DNA of 64,000 nucleotides from Dictyostelium discoideum (Eukaryota): NCBI GenBank assembly GCA_000004695.1, contig CM000151.3, positions 3,008,001 to 3,072,000 of the forward strand, read 5' to 3'. Shown piece by piece: positions 1 to 11,579 of this stretch (position 1 is its first letter; each line of letters starts with the position of its first letter). The notes under the pieces were generated by a model. It saw only the letters and a program-made list of their open reading frames with translations, ran no database searches and was not told where the DNA came from. The position numbers and the translations under genes were made by a program.

Positions 1-341
1 TTAGTTTTAAATTATAATAAACTGAATACCTTACGAAAAAAAAGTGACATTGCGATTAATGGAATCATAAAAAAAAAAATTTGAAAAAAAAAAAAAAAAT
101 ATTAAAATAAATAAAAAAAAATAAATTAATAGTCGAAGATGGTGACATTAAACGATAAACTGGTTCTTTTCTAAAATTGTTCACTGTTATTTTTTTTTTT
201 TATTTTTTTTCATTTAATTCGTAACACAGTGTAAAAAATTAAAAATAAAAAATAAAAAATAATAAAAAATAAAAAAATAAAAAGTAAAAAATAAAAAAAA
301 ATAAAAAATAAAATATTTTAATAATACCCCCATTTGCATTG

Positions 342-375
<34 letters not shown>

Positions 376-448
376 GTACACGGGTTTTTTTTTTTTTTAA
401 CTTTTTCAATGGGTTATTTTTAAAAAAATTTGAAAAATAAAAAAAAAT

Positions 449-501
<53 letters not shown>

Positions 502-504
<3 letters not shown>

Positions 505-1103
505 ATAATTAAAAAAATTAATAATAGTTTTTCAAAATCAGAATTTACAAATAAATTAATTACAATAAAAAAATTGAATTATAAAGAAATTATTGAAAAA
601 ATAAAAAATGGATTATTTAATTTTCCGATATTCTCTATTTTATCAATATATTTTGCTCAATGTTTTTATGAATATTCATTGGAAGGAAGAAAGGATTTAC
701 AATGGATGCATGCCAACTTAAAATTTTTCGGAATTTATATACTCATTTCAACAGTTTTTTTCGTATTTGGATTTGTTTCATTAGGAAAATTAATTAAAGA
801 TTTAACAAAAATAATTAATGTTGGAAACGATTATAAAAAATATGATTTATATAATATTAAAAATAATAATAAAATTAATAAATACACAAAATTAATTTTA
901 AAAAAATTTAATATATCATTGGTTTTATATCGTAACCTTTTAATAATATTATTTGTAAAACTTTTAATAATTTCATTCTATAAAATTACAAAAGATAAAG
1001 GTGCAACTTTAATTAATCATGGTCAATATAATTTAATTGCATTTACAACTATAATGTTAATTTATTTAATTGGATTTTTATCTTGGTTTTTAATTTTTAA
1101 GTA

Positions 1104-1148
<45 letters not shown>

Positions 1149-3008
1149 TTAATAATACATAATAATAATAATTAAACATTAAATTATTTACTAATTTTTC
1201 ATTTTTTTTTTTTTATTTTTTTTATTTTTTTTTCATTTTTTATTTTTAATTTTTAATTTTTTTTTTTTTTTCATTTTTTTTATTTAAAAATAAAAAGAAA
1301 TTGGACAATTAAAAATACAATAATTAGATTATTTATTTTAATAATTTTAGTTTATATTTCATTTTCAATTAAAAATATATTTGTTAGTAAAAATTGGCCA
1401 ATTGGGATTGATGGTAAACAATTAAAGTTTAAAGATGAAAGTAGTGGTGGTGGTAAAGTTTGTGAAATTGAAACCAATTTTATAGCATGGCCATCATTTT
1501 TACCAAAAGGATCAACTAGAATTATTACAGGATCAAGTGAATGTCCAAGTGAAAGTGAACAGTTTTCAAGATTGAACAATGGTATTTTAACAATGGATAA
1601 TTGTTTTGAAGAGAATAAACAATATACATTATCACCAGTATTTTGGGAGGAACAAAAAAAGTTTGATACATTTACCAATGATTTTAAATATTATGAAAAA
1701 TTATTCAAAGGTAAAACACAAACACTTCAATATACTAAACCAGTTGAAATTAAACATGAAACTGTAATGGCAATTTGTGGTAATCAAACTGAAATTCATT
1801 ATCATAATATAAAGAATCAACAATTTTATCAAAGAACATTGAATAATTTCAATTCACCAAAGATTAAAGAACATGTGGATAAAGTTAAATTACCAAATCA
1901 TCCAGATGAAAAATATAATAAAAAACCAATCGATATTTTATTTTTAATGATTGATGCATTATCAAGAGCTCAATTTAAATCTGCAATGCCAAGTACTTTT
2001 GAAACTTTACAATCTATTCAAAATCAAGGTCATTCAAAGGTTTTTCAATTTTTTAGATATCATTCATTGAAACCATTTTCAGATCCAAATACAATGGCAA
2101 TGTATAATGGTTTTAATAGAGTTGGTTATGATGATATCGATTATGAAAATAATATTAATGATCAAGGTGGTATCGGTGGTGGTGGTGGTGGTGATGGTGA
2201 TTATCATCATGATGATACTAATACATTTACATGGGAAAAGAATCCAATGTTTTATCAATCATTTAGAAATGATTCATATGTTACAACTTGGGTGACTGGT
2301 TTATGTCAAGATTGGTTTCAACATTATTTAAAGATGGATAAGGAGGTAGGATCAGTAGATCATGAAATGGCATTACCATTCTGTTCACCACAATTACACC
2401 CACCAGAGAAACCATTTGGTATCTTTGAAGGTCCTTACTCTATACGTCGTCGTTGTTTAGGTGATAAACATGTTCATGAAACCATTTTTCAATATATCAA
2501 TCAATTTTGGGAAAACTATAAAGATGTTGGTAAAATATTACATACAACCTTTATGGATGGTCATGAAGGTACCAATGAAGTTATTCAAATTGCTGATAAA
2601 GGTTTTCAAAAGTTTTTAGATAAGGATTTAAGACCAAAACTAAATGATACCTTTTTAATTTTAGCCTCTGATCATGGTCAACATATGTCTGGTTATTATA
2701 TGTGGTCCAAAGGTGGTAAAATCGAAGTGGCAATGCCAATGCTCTATTTGGTCTTACCAAGTTGGTTCCTTGAAAAATACCCTCACCTCGAACAACAACT
2801 ATTGGAAAATGAAAATAAACTATCAACACCTTTCCAATTGTATGATACCATTAGAACACTTTCAACTTTTCCTGAATTTGGTGGTATCGATATGAAAGAT
2901 CCAAATGGTGTTCGTAATGATAATCAAAAAGGTTTTTTAGGTAAAATTCCTGATGATATAACTTGTGCTCAATTAGGCATACCACATGATTTTTGTGTTT
3001 GTAAATAA
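502..3008 (+). CDS. DUF229 / alkaline-phosphatase-superfamily (sulfatase-like) membrane protein, copy L. Two exons: 502..1100 (multi-TM N-terminal region) and 1328..3008.
   Basis: Long ORF carrying the DALSR and ILASDHGQH motifs typical of DUF229/AP-like cores. The coding-like ORF stays open upstream of 1572 back to an acceptor AG at 1326-1327. There is a GTAAGT donor at 1101 after a hydrophobic 200-aa ORF. The phases are compatible (2+1). Joining the two exons is an inference. Confidence 0.55.
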
Positions 3009-3145
3009 AAATAAAAAATAAAAATAAAAATTTATTTATTTAAAGATATAATTAGTTTCTTGTTATTCGTTTTACTTTTTTTTTTATTTTTTTTTATTTT
3101 TTTTATTATTTAAAATTAATGATAAAAAATTTAATAGTAACTCTT

Positions 3146-3183
<38 letters not shown>

Positions 3184-3235
3184 ATAGAAATTTATCATTT
3201 TTTATTTAAGTAATAAAATTTAATTAAATTTAACC

Positions 3236-4206
3236 TTAATTTGTTGGGACTGGTCTTTGAATAGATTTAAAGAGAAGAGATTGATTTTTCATAAAATAAT
3301 CAACCATTTCATTATGAGTCTTTACTGTGTATAAGTTATCCATTGTGTTTACAAAAAAGTCATTACGATCAACAGAGACAAAGAACCAATCATCATAGGA
3401 AGTAAGACCGTAAACTACTCTATAAACACCTGGATTACTCTCTGCAATAATGCTTCCATCTAAACCATGTGTATAAGTATTTTTATAACCAGCACCATAT
3501 GGACAACGGAAACAAAATAAAACAGATGTCTAAATTATTTAATAATAATAATGATAATAATAATAATAAAAAAAAATATTAATAATAATAAAAATAAATT
3601 ATAATTATATTAAAAAAAAAAAAAAAAAAAATTATATTGGTTTTTATGTTATCATTATATATATATATAAAATGAAAAAATATTTACTTGATAAAAATAA
3701 TAATTTAATTCTTGACTCATTCTAATATCGACATTAGTTTCACTTTCATATCCATAATTGTTTATATCGGTTGTTGTTCCAATAGTAACACCAAGAGTTA
3801 CACTTGCTTCATATAAACCTAAGGCTATATCAGCTCCAGCACTTGACATTGTTGTTGATTTTTGATCAATACCTTTTCTAATATTTGCAGTAAGAGTTGC
3901 TGTTGGAATTATATTTTTATTCATTGGATTCTTTAAATAAACAGCAACTGGAAAGATTTGCCACTTGACTTTTTCTCTTTTGACACCCTTTGATTGATTA
4001 TAATTCATTGTAATATCAACGGCTGGTACTTGATATTCACTACCATTTTGGACGAAAACTGCAGCTGGCATTGTGTTTGAATTACTATTTTTATAAATCC
4101 TATCTACGTCCTGATTTGTTGTCACTGTCTGCATTTGATCCAAATTAAATTCTAATTGTTTAACTGGATCATTGGATGAATAACTTTCACTTGTTATATC
4201 TATCAT
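3236..4206 (-). CDS. Paralog-family gene A (unknown function, amphipathic beta-hairpin-like core), copy L. Exons 3688..4206 and 3236..3529.
   Basis: Mirror of 11580..12550. The 173-codon exon ends at a GTAAAT donor. The acceptor TTTAG is followed by a 98-codon exon. The C-terminal exon resembles those of genes B and C. Confidence 0.6.
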
Positions 4207-4265
4207 TTTTTAAATAATTTAATAAATTAACAACAACACAATTTTTTTTTTTTAAAGTAAGATGG

Positions 4266-4317
<52 letters not shown>

Positions 4318-4459
4318 AAATAATTAAAAATATCTTTTATAAAAAAATCCTAATTCTTTTAACAAATTCCTTAAAAATTAAAATTATTTATCTTAAGATT
4401 ATTATTATTATTATTATTTTTTTTATAAAATTGACACGAAAAGATATTTTGTTTTATTT

Positions 4460-4504
<45 letters not shown>

Positions 4505-4664
4505 GATTTTAAACGAATCGCTAATCTCATATAAAAAATTGAAATTTTTTTTTATTCCCTAAAATATCTTTGTGTTTTTTTTTTTTGGTTATTTTCTTGT
4601 ACAAAGATATTCTTAAACATTAAAGAAAATTTAAATATTTAATTTTTAATTTTTTTTTATTATT

Positions 4665-4702
<38 letters not shown>

Positions 4703-4755
4703 ATAAACTTTTTTTTTTTTTTTTTTTTAATCTTATCTATTGTTTATTTTAAAAA

Positions 4756-4884
4756 ATGTCAGATACAAATTCACATACAATTACAGATGAAAGTAAAGTA
4801 GGACCACCACCATTCCACAGTGATTCAGATGATGATGATGGTTGGGACAACAATAACAATAATAATAACAATAACAATAACAAT

Positions 4885-4932
<48 letters not shown>

Positions 4933-5754
4933 AATACTGATGGTAATAATGATGGTAATAATACTAATCCATATCATGGAGGTGGTAAAGACAAAGATGA
5001 TTTCAATATGGACAACGCCCAAATTGGATATACCGACCATGATGTTGATGTCAATTTATTCCTTAAGGATAAATTTGATCCATGTTTTATTATTAATAAT
5101 TCAAAATATGTTTCATGGAGAAGTGATGCTTCCCAAGGCCAACTTCAACTAGGAAACACTTTAATTAGTTACACTTGTTACCCAGTTGGTGCCCTTCTTG
5201 TAAAGGTTTATGGTAATACACCACCAAGTGTTACAGATTTCGGTGTTCAAAGAACTACTGGTTATAGTTCCTCTGAAACAAAAGAAGTTCAAAGAGATTA
5301 TCGATTTAGTGTTGGTATCACAGGTGCAAGCTTAGGGTAAATTTAACCAATTTTTTATTTTTTTATTTTTTTTTTTAAAATATTTTATTAATTTTTTTTT
5401 TTTTTTTTTTTAAACATTATTAGATTCAAAGTTACCACCAGAAGTATTCTTACAACAAATTTGGAGAGTAAAAGTGATATTGCATGGACTCAAGATTTAC
5501 CAGGCCTCCAAAAATACTACGTATACCAAAGTTGTTTGTATTATGTTTTTGCTCTAAATAATAATGATTCCCTCCTTGCATCTAAAAACACAAGTTATAA
5601 AATTAAATATATTAATGGTAAAAATTATCTTTTCGTTGGTTTTAACAGAAATGATACTTGTATTTCAAAAAAAGATTGTGTTGTTAATATTCCAACAGAA
5701 AAAGATTTTATTGATTATCTTGCTGCAAACCCATCCAAATGGGTTTTGTCTTAA
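4756..5754 (+). CDS. Paralog-family gene B, copy L. Exons 4756..5336 and 5424..5754. Contains a poly-Asn tract.
   Basis: ORF with an (AAC/AAT)n-encoded poly-N. GTAAAT donor at 5337 and acceptor AG at 5422-5423 with phase 2/1. The C-terminal exon has a DFIDYLAANPSKW motif similar to genes A and C. Confidence 0.6.
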
Positions 5755-6130
5755 ATCTTTAAAGGTTAATCTGTTTATAAAATTATAAATTAATAATAAT
5801 TTTAAAACTTCATTAAAAAAATAATAAAATTTTAAAAATTAATTCTTTTTTTTCTTTATTTATTATCTTAAATATTTTTTATTATTTTTTTTATTGATCA
5901 AATAAATTTATTAAAAATAATCAAAATATAAAAAAAATTACAAAGAATGAATGATAAATAATAAAAGAAAAAAATAAAAAATTTTTGATTAGAAAAAAAA
6001 AAATTTCAAAAAAAAAAAAGAATAATTATGATAATTTCTAATGCATTAATGCAAAAAAAAAATCAAAAATAAGAACAATTAAGATTTTATAATTAAAATA
6101 ATTATTTATTATTAAATAGATATTATTTTT

Positions 6131-6933
6131 TTAATTATCCCAGAGATTTCTATGATTTGCTAAATAATTAATAAAATCATTTTCATCAATCATTTGATAT
6201 TTTGAGTCATATGATCTTATAATTTGATTGTTGGAATAAATTGAAACAAAAAAGTAAAGGTCATTACCAATGAATTTCCAATCAAAATCTGGGTTAAGTT
6301 GAGCCAATCTTCTATGATCAATTGAATCAATCATTTTGTATGCATAAGTTACAAGACTTTGGTGAACATAAGAGGTAGTACTTAAGTATTGAGAGTAAGA
6401 GGTTTTTGTTTCAGAATAAAAATCGGCTGAATATTCAAATTTTCTATTATAAAAAAAAAAAAAATAAAAAAAATTATTTGCCAATGTTAATAAAATTTTT
6501 TTTTTTTTAATAAAATAAAAATAAATATTCAATCTTACCTAATAAATTTAAATTTAGCTTCAAAATCAAAGGGAATATATCCTTTATGACCATTTTTAAA
6601 ATTAGAATCTCCTTGAACATGTTTTGAGAAACTTGTACTTTTTGAGATAGTATAATAATTTGGAGTTGTAATGTTCAAAGTTTGTTGAAATTCAACTAGG
6701 CTACCACATGGTTTTACATTGAATTTAACATCTGCTCCATTTGGATATTGATCTGTTTTCAAAAAAACAGTTCCAGAACTGCTTGTTTGATTGTTAATAA
6801 TAACAGCTGGTTCAATTGGATTATTCATTTTTGTTAACCAATCAGCATCATGATTGTTATCAACTATTTTTAGATTATTTAAACTAAATGGTACTTGACC
6901 AGAACTTTGGTTAACAATAATATTTGGTTCCAT
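6131..6933 (-). CDS. Paralog-family gene C, copy L. Exons 6539..6933 and 6131..6443.
   Basis: Mirror of 8853..9655. The likely start is MEPNIIVNQ, after a poly-A/T tract. GTAAGA donor and AG acceptor with phase 2/1. The C-terminal DENDFINYLANHRNLW motif is shared with genes A and B. Confidence 0.6.
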
Positions 6934-6996
6934 AATTTGATTTTTAAATAAATTAATATTTGAAATTATATTTAATAATATTATAAAAAAAAAAAA

Positions 6997-7063
<67 letters not shown>

Positions 7064-7477
7064 ATCAATTTTCTGAAAACTTTAATGTGCAAATCTTTTT
7101 TATTTTAACCAATAAAATTAATCAAAAACAATGTCTCAGATTTTTAGTTTTTTTTTTGAAATCTAAAAAAATAATTTTTTAAAAATCTCGACAACTAAGA
7201 TTTCGGTATGAACATAAAGATAAATGTTTTTTTTCATTTTCTAAAACAAGATATTATAATTTTTTTTTTTTATAAAAAAAAATAAAATTAAATAAAATAA
7301 AAAAGTTAAAAATTAAAAAGTAAAAAAAAAAAAATATTATTTTTACTTTTTATAATATTATTAATTATTTATTATTTAAAATATAATTAAAAAAAAGTAA
7401 TTATTAAATAATTAAAGTTTTAAATTTTATTATTTTATAATAAAATATTAATTTTTAAAAATAAAATTAAAAAAAGA

Positions 7478-8125
7478 ATGACAAATACAGATAATATGGA
7501 ACAAAAAGATTTCAATTTATTTGACGGAGCAATCTGTAGAAATAAAGATGAATTAATTGAAGAATGTGATATGAAAGGTCCAGTTGACCCAAATGATAGT
7601 GGTATTTTTATTGATAGATCATTTTCATATCATGTTGGTAGAAAATTTGGTGAAATTAAGTTAAAAGTTGATTCTCAAGGAACAACTAAAGGTTTCCAAT
7701 TTGAATTTTATCCATGTGGTGCATTCATCGAATACCTCGATTGCTCTTATGTTCCTGATCATAGTACCCTCACATTTTACAGAAAGGCAGGATATCATAT
7801 TCATACCACCTTAAAAACAGAGTTTAAAAGTTATTTTATGGCTGGTTTCGAAGGTTTTGGTGGTGAATTTGGTTACGATGAGAAGCATACCTATGATGTT
7901 GATAAACAAGATCAAATTCAACTCACAATTCAATTCAAATTCGATAAGGGTAATTATTATTGTTATCAATATAATATGGTTATGGCTCAAAAATTAGATG
8001 AAGGCTCAAGAAGTTACATTGATACTCTTATCAACTATAATAAAAATGATGTTGATATTCGTAAGGTTGGAAATGATCTTTACAAATTGGAAACCTTTAG
8101 TTGTTCCTTGAGAATCAACTTTTAA
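7478..8125 (+). CDS. Gene D: 215-aa protein of unknown function. The promoter and first 75 codons lie in the left arm, the CDS runs through the unique spacer, and the last 14 codons lie in the right arm. Possibly a fourth member of the A/B/C family (YYCYQ motif).
   Basis: Single uninterrupted ORF with coding-like composition across the spacer. The N-terminal 225 nt are identical to the minus-strand ORF 8084..8308. Confidence 0.6.
   Translation: MTNTDNMEQKDFNLFDGAICRNKDELIEECDMKGPVDPNDSGIFIDRSFSYHVGRKFGEIKLKVDSQGTTKGFQFEFYPCGAFIEYLDCSYVPDHSTLTFYRKAGYHIHTTLKTEFKSYFMAGFEGFGGEFGYDEKHTYDVDKQDQIQLTIQFKFDKGNYYCYQYNMVMAQKLDEGSRSYIDTLINYNKNDVDIRKVGNDLYKLETFSCSLRINF
7704..8082. other. Unique 379-bp spacer at the centre of the palindrome; coding, lying inside gene D
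   Basis: Sequence 7704.. is not the reverse complement of ..8082. Base 7704 is a and base 8082 is a, whereas 7703 g pairs with 8083 c. The spacer has higher GC and a coding-like codon pattern. Confidence 0.9.
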
Positions 8126-8308
8126 CTTAATTTCACCAAATTTTCTACCAACATGATATGAAAATGATCTATCAATAAAAATACCACTATCATTTGGGTC
8201 AACTGGACCTTTCATATCACATTCTTCAATTAATTCATCTTTATTTCTACAGATTGCTCCGTCAAATAAATTGAAATCTTTTTGTTCCATATTATCTGTA
8301 TTTGTCAT
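8006..8308 (-). pseudogene. Truncated inverted copy of gene D. 75 codons are identical (8084..8308), then 25 spacer-derived out-of-context codons and a stop. It retains the duplicated promoter.
   Basis: Identical translation MTNTDNMEQKDF...QGTTKGFQF, then divergence exactly at the arm/spacer boundary. Confidence 0.7.
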
Positions 8309-8722
8309 TCTTTTTTTAATTTTATTTTTAAAAATTAATATTTTATTATAAAATAATAAAATTTAAAACTTTAATTATTTAATAATTACTTTTTTTTAAT
8401 TATATTTTAAATAATAAATAATTAATAATATTATAAAAAGTAAAAATAATATTTTTTTTTTTTTACTTTTTAATTTTTAACTTTTTTATTTTATTTAATT
8501 TTATTTTTTTTTATAAAAAAAAAAAATTATAATATCTTGTTTTAGAAAATGAAAAAAAACATTTATCTTTATGTTCATACCGAAATCTTAGTTGTCGAGA
8601 TTTTTAAAAAATTATTTTTTTAGATTTCAAAAAAAAAACTAAAAATCTGAGACATTGTTTTTGATTAATTTTATTGGTTAAAATAAAAAAGATTTGCACA
8701 TTAAAGTTTTCAGAAAATTGAT

Positions 8723-8789
<67 letters not shown>

Positions 8790-8852
8790 TTTTTTTTTTT
8801 TATAATATTATTAAATATAATTTCAAATATTAATTTATTTAAAAATCAAATT

Positions 8853-9655
8853 ATGGAACCAAATATTATTGTTAACCAAAGTTCTGGTCAAGTACCATTT
8901 AGTTTAAATAATCTAAAAATAGTTGATAACAATCATGATGCTGATTGGTTAACAAAAATGAATAATCCAATTGAACCAGCTGTTATTATTAACAATCAAA
9001 CAAGCAGTTCTGGAACTGTTTTTTTGAAAACAGATCAATATCCAAATGGAGCAGATGTTAAATTCAATGTAAAACCATGTGGTAGCCTAGTTGAATTTCA
9101 ACAAACTTTGAACATTACAACTCCAAATTATTATACTATCTCAAAAAGTACAAGTTTCTCAAAACATGTTCAAGGAGATTCTAATTTTAAAAATGGTCAT
9201 AAAGGATATATTCCCTTTGATTTTGAAGCTAAATTTAAATTTATTAGGTAAGATTGAATATTTATTTTTATTTTATTAAAAAAAAAAAAATTTTATTAAC
9301 ATTGGCAAATAATTTTTTTTATTTTTTTTTTTTTTATAATAGAAAATTTGAATATTCAGCCGATTTTTATTCTGAAACAAAAACCTCTTACTCTCAATAC
9401 TTAAGTACTACCTCTTATGTTCACCAAAGTCTTGTAACTTATGCATACAAAATGATTGATTCAATTGATCATAGAAGATTGGCTCAACTTAACCCAGATT
9501 TTGATTGGAAATTCATTGGTAATGACCTTTACTTTTTTGTTTCAATTTATTCCAACAATCAAATTATAAGATCATATGACTCAAAATATCAAATGATTGA
9601 TGAAAATGATTTTATTAATTATTTAGCAAATCATAGAAATCTCTGGGATAATTAA
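8853..9655 (+). CDS. Paralog-family gene C, copy R. Exons 8853..9247 and 9343..9655.
   Basis: ATG at 8853 in frame with the ORF. GTAAGA donor at 9248 and acceptor AG at 9341-9342. The phases close. 235 aa. Confidence 0.6.
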
Positions 9656-10031
9656 AAAAATAATATCTATTTAATAATAAATAATTATTTTAATTATAAA
9701 ATCTTAATTGTTCTTATTTTTGATTTTTTTTTTGCATTAATGCATTAGAAATTATCATAATTATTCTTTTTTTTTTTTGAAATTTTTTTTTTTCTAATCA
9801 AAAATTTTTTATTTTTTTCTTTTATTATTTATCATTCATTCTTTGTAATTTTTTTTATATTTTGATTATTTTTAATAAATTTATTTGATCAATAAAAAAA
9901 ATAATAAAAAATATTTAAGATAATAAATAAAGAAAAAAAAGAATTAATTTTTAAAATTTTATTATTTTTTTAATGAAGTTTTAAAATTATTATTAATTTA
10001 TAATTTTATAAACAGATTAACCTTTAAAGAT

Positions 10032-10853
10032 TTAAGACAAAACCCATTTGGATGGGTTTGCAGCAAGATAATCAATAAAATCTTTTTCTGTTGGAATATT
10101 AACAACACAATCTTTTTTTGAAATACAAGTATCATTTCTGTTAAAACCAACGAAAAGATAATTTTTACCATTAATATATTTAATTTTATAACTTGTGTTT
10201 TTAGATGCAAGGAGGGAATCATTATTATTTAGAGCAAAAACATAATACAAACAACTTTGGTATACGTAGTATTTTTGGAGGCCTGGTAAATCTTGAGTCC
10301 ATGCAATATCACTTTTACTCTCCAAATTTGTTGTAAGAATACTTCTGGTGGTAACTTTGAATCTAATAATGTTTAAAAAAAAAAAAAAAAAAAATTAATA
10401 AAATATTTTAAAAAAAAAAATAAAAAAATAAAAAATTGGTTAAATTTACCCTAAGCTTGCACCTGTGATACCAACACTAAATCGATAATCTCTTTGAACT
10501 TCTTTTGTTTCAGAGGAACTATAACCAGTAGTTCTTTGAACACCGAAATCTGTAACACTTGGTGGTGTATTACCATAAACCTTTACAAGAAGGGCACCAA
10601 CTGGGTAACAAGTGTAACTAATTAAAGTGTTTCCTAGTTGAAGTTGGCCTTGGGAAGCATCACTTCTCCATGAAACATATTTTGAATTATTAATAATAAA
10701 ACATGGATCAAATTTATCCTTAAGGAATAAATTGACATCAACATCATGGTCGGTATATCCAATTTGGGCGTTGTCCATATTGAAATCATCTTTGTCTTTA
10801 CCACCTCCATGATATGGATTAGTATTATTACCATCATTATTACCATCAGTATT

Positions 10854-10901
<48 letters not shown>

Positions 10902-11030
10902 ATTGTTATTGTTATTGTTATTATTATTGTTATTGTTGTCCCAACCATCATCATCATCTGAATCACTGTGGAATGGTGGTGGTCCTACTTTACTTTCATC
11001 TGTAATTGTATGTGAATTTGTATCTGACAT
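10032..11030 (-). CDS. Paralog-family gene B, copy R. Exons 10450..11030 and 10032..10362.
   Basis: Exact mirror of 4756..5754. Confidence 0.6.
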
Positions 11031-11083
11031 TTTTTAAAATAAACAATAGATAAGATTAAAAAAAAAAAAAAAAAAAAGTTTAT

Positions 11084-11121
<38 letters not shown>

Positions 11122-11281
11122 AATAATAAAAAAAAATTAAAAATTAAATATTTAAATTTTCTTTAATGTTTAAGAATATCTTTGTACAAGAAAATAACCA
11201 AAAAAAAAAAACACAAAGATATTTTAGGGAATAAAAAAAAATTTCAATTTTTTATATGAGATTAGCGATTCGTTTAAAATC

Positions 11282-11326
<45 letters not shown>

Positions 11327-11468
11327 AAATAAAACAAAATATCTTTTCGTGTCAATTTTATAAAAAAAATAATAATAATAATAATAATCTTAAGATAAAT
11401 AATTTTAATTTTTAAGGAATTTGTTAAAAGAATTAGGATTTTTTTATAAAAGATATTTTTAATTATTT

Positions 11469-11520
<52 letters not shown>

Positions 11521-11579
11521 CCATCTTACTTTAAAAAAAAAAAATTGTGTTGTTGTTAATTTATTAAATTATTTAAAAA

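Larger units (their letters stand above)
1..7703. repeat. Left arm (visible part) of large inverted duplication; exact reverse complement of 8083..15786; reaches the window edge so it may extend further left
   Basis: Five ORF pairs have coordinates summing to 15786 with identical translations. Spot-checked intergenic stretches, including an A50/T50 homopolymer at 4266-4315 / 11471-11520, are identical. The arm boundary was checked base by base at 7703/8083. Confidence 0.93.

Noticed and set aside
1352-2895. ORFs 1352..1678(-), 2107..2295(+), 2581..2829(-), 2674..2895(+) and their mirrors
   Set aside because: They are embedded in other frames or the antisense strand of the DUF229-like CDS. 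The 2107 ORF is the GGT/GAT repeat read out of frame.
4749-5152. ORFs 4749..4931(-), 4820..5152(+), 4825..5040(-) and their mirrors 10634..11037: poly-L, poly-T/I and poly-V proteins
   Set aside because: They are alternative-frame or antisense readings of the (AAC/AAT)n tract that encodes poly-Asn in gene B. They have no independent support.
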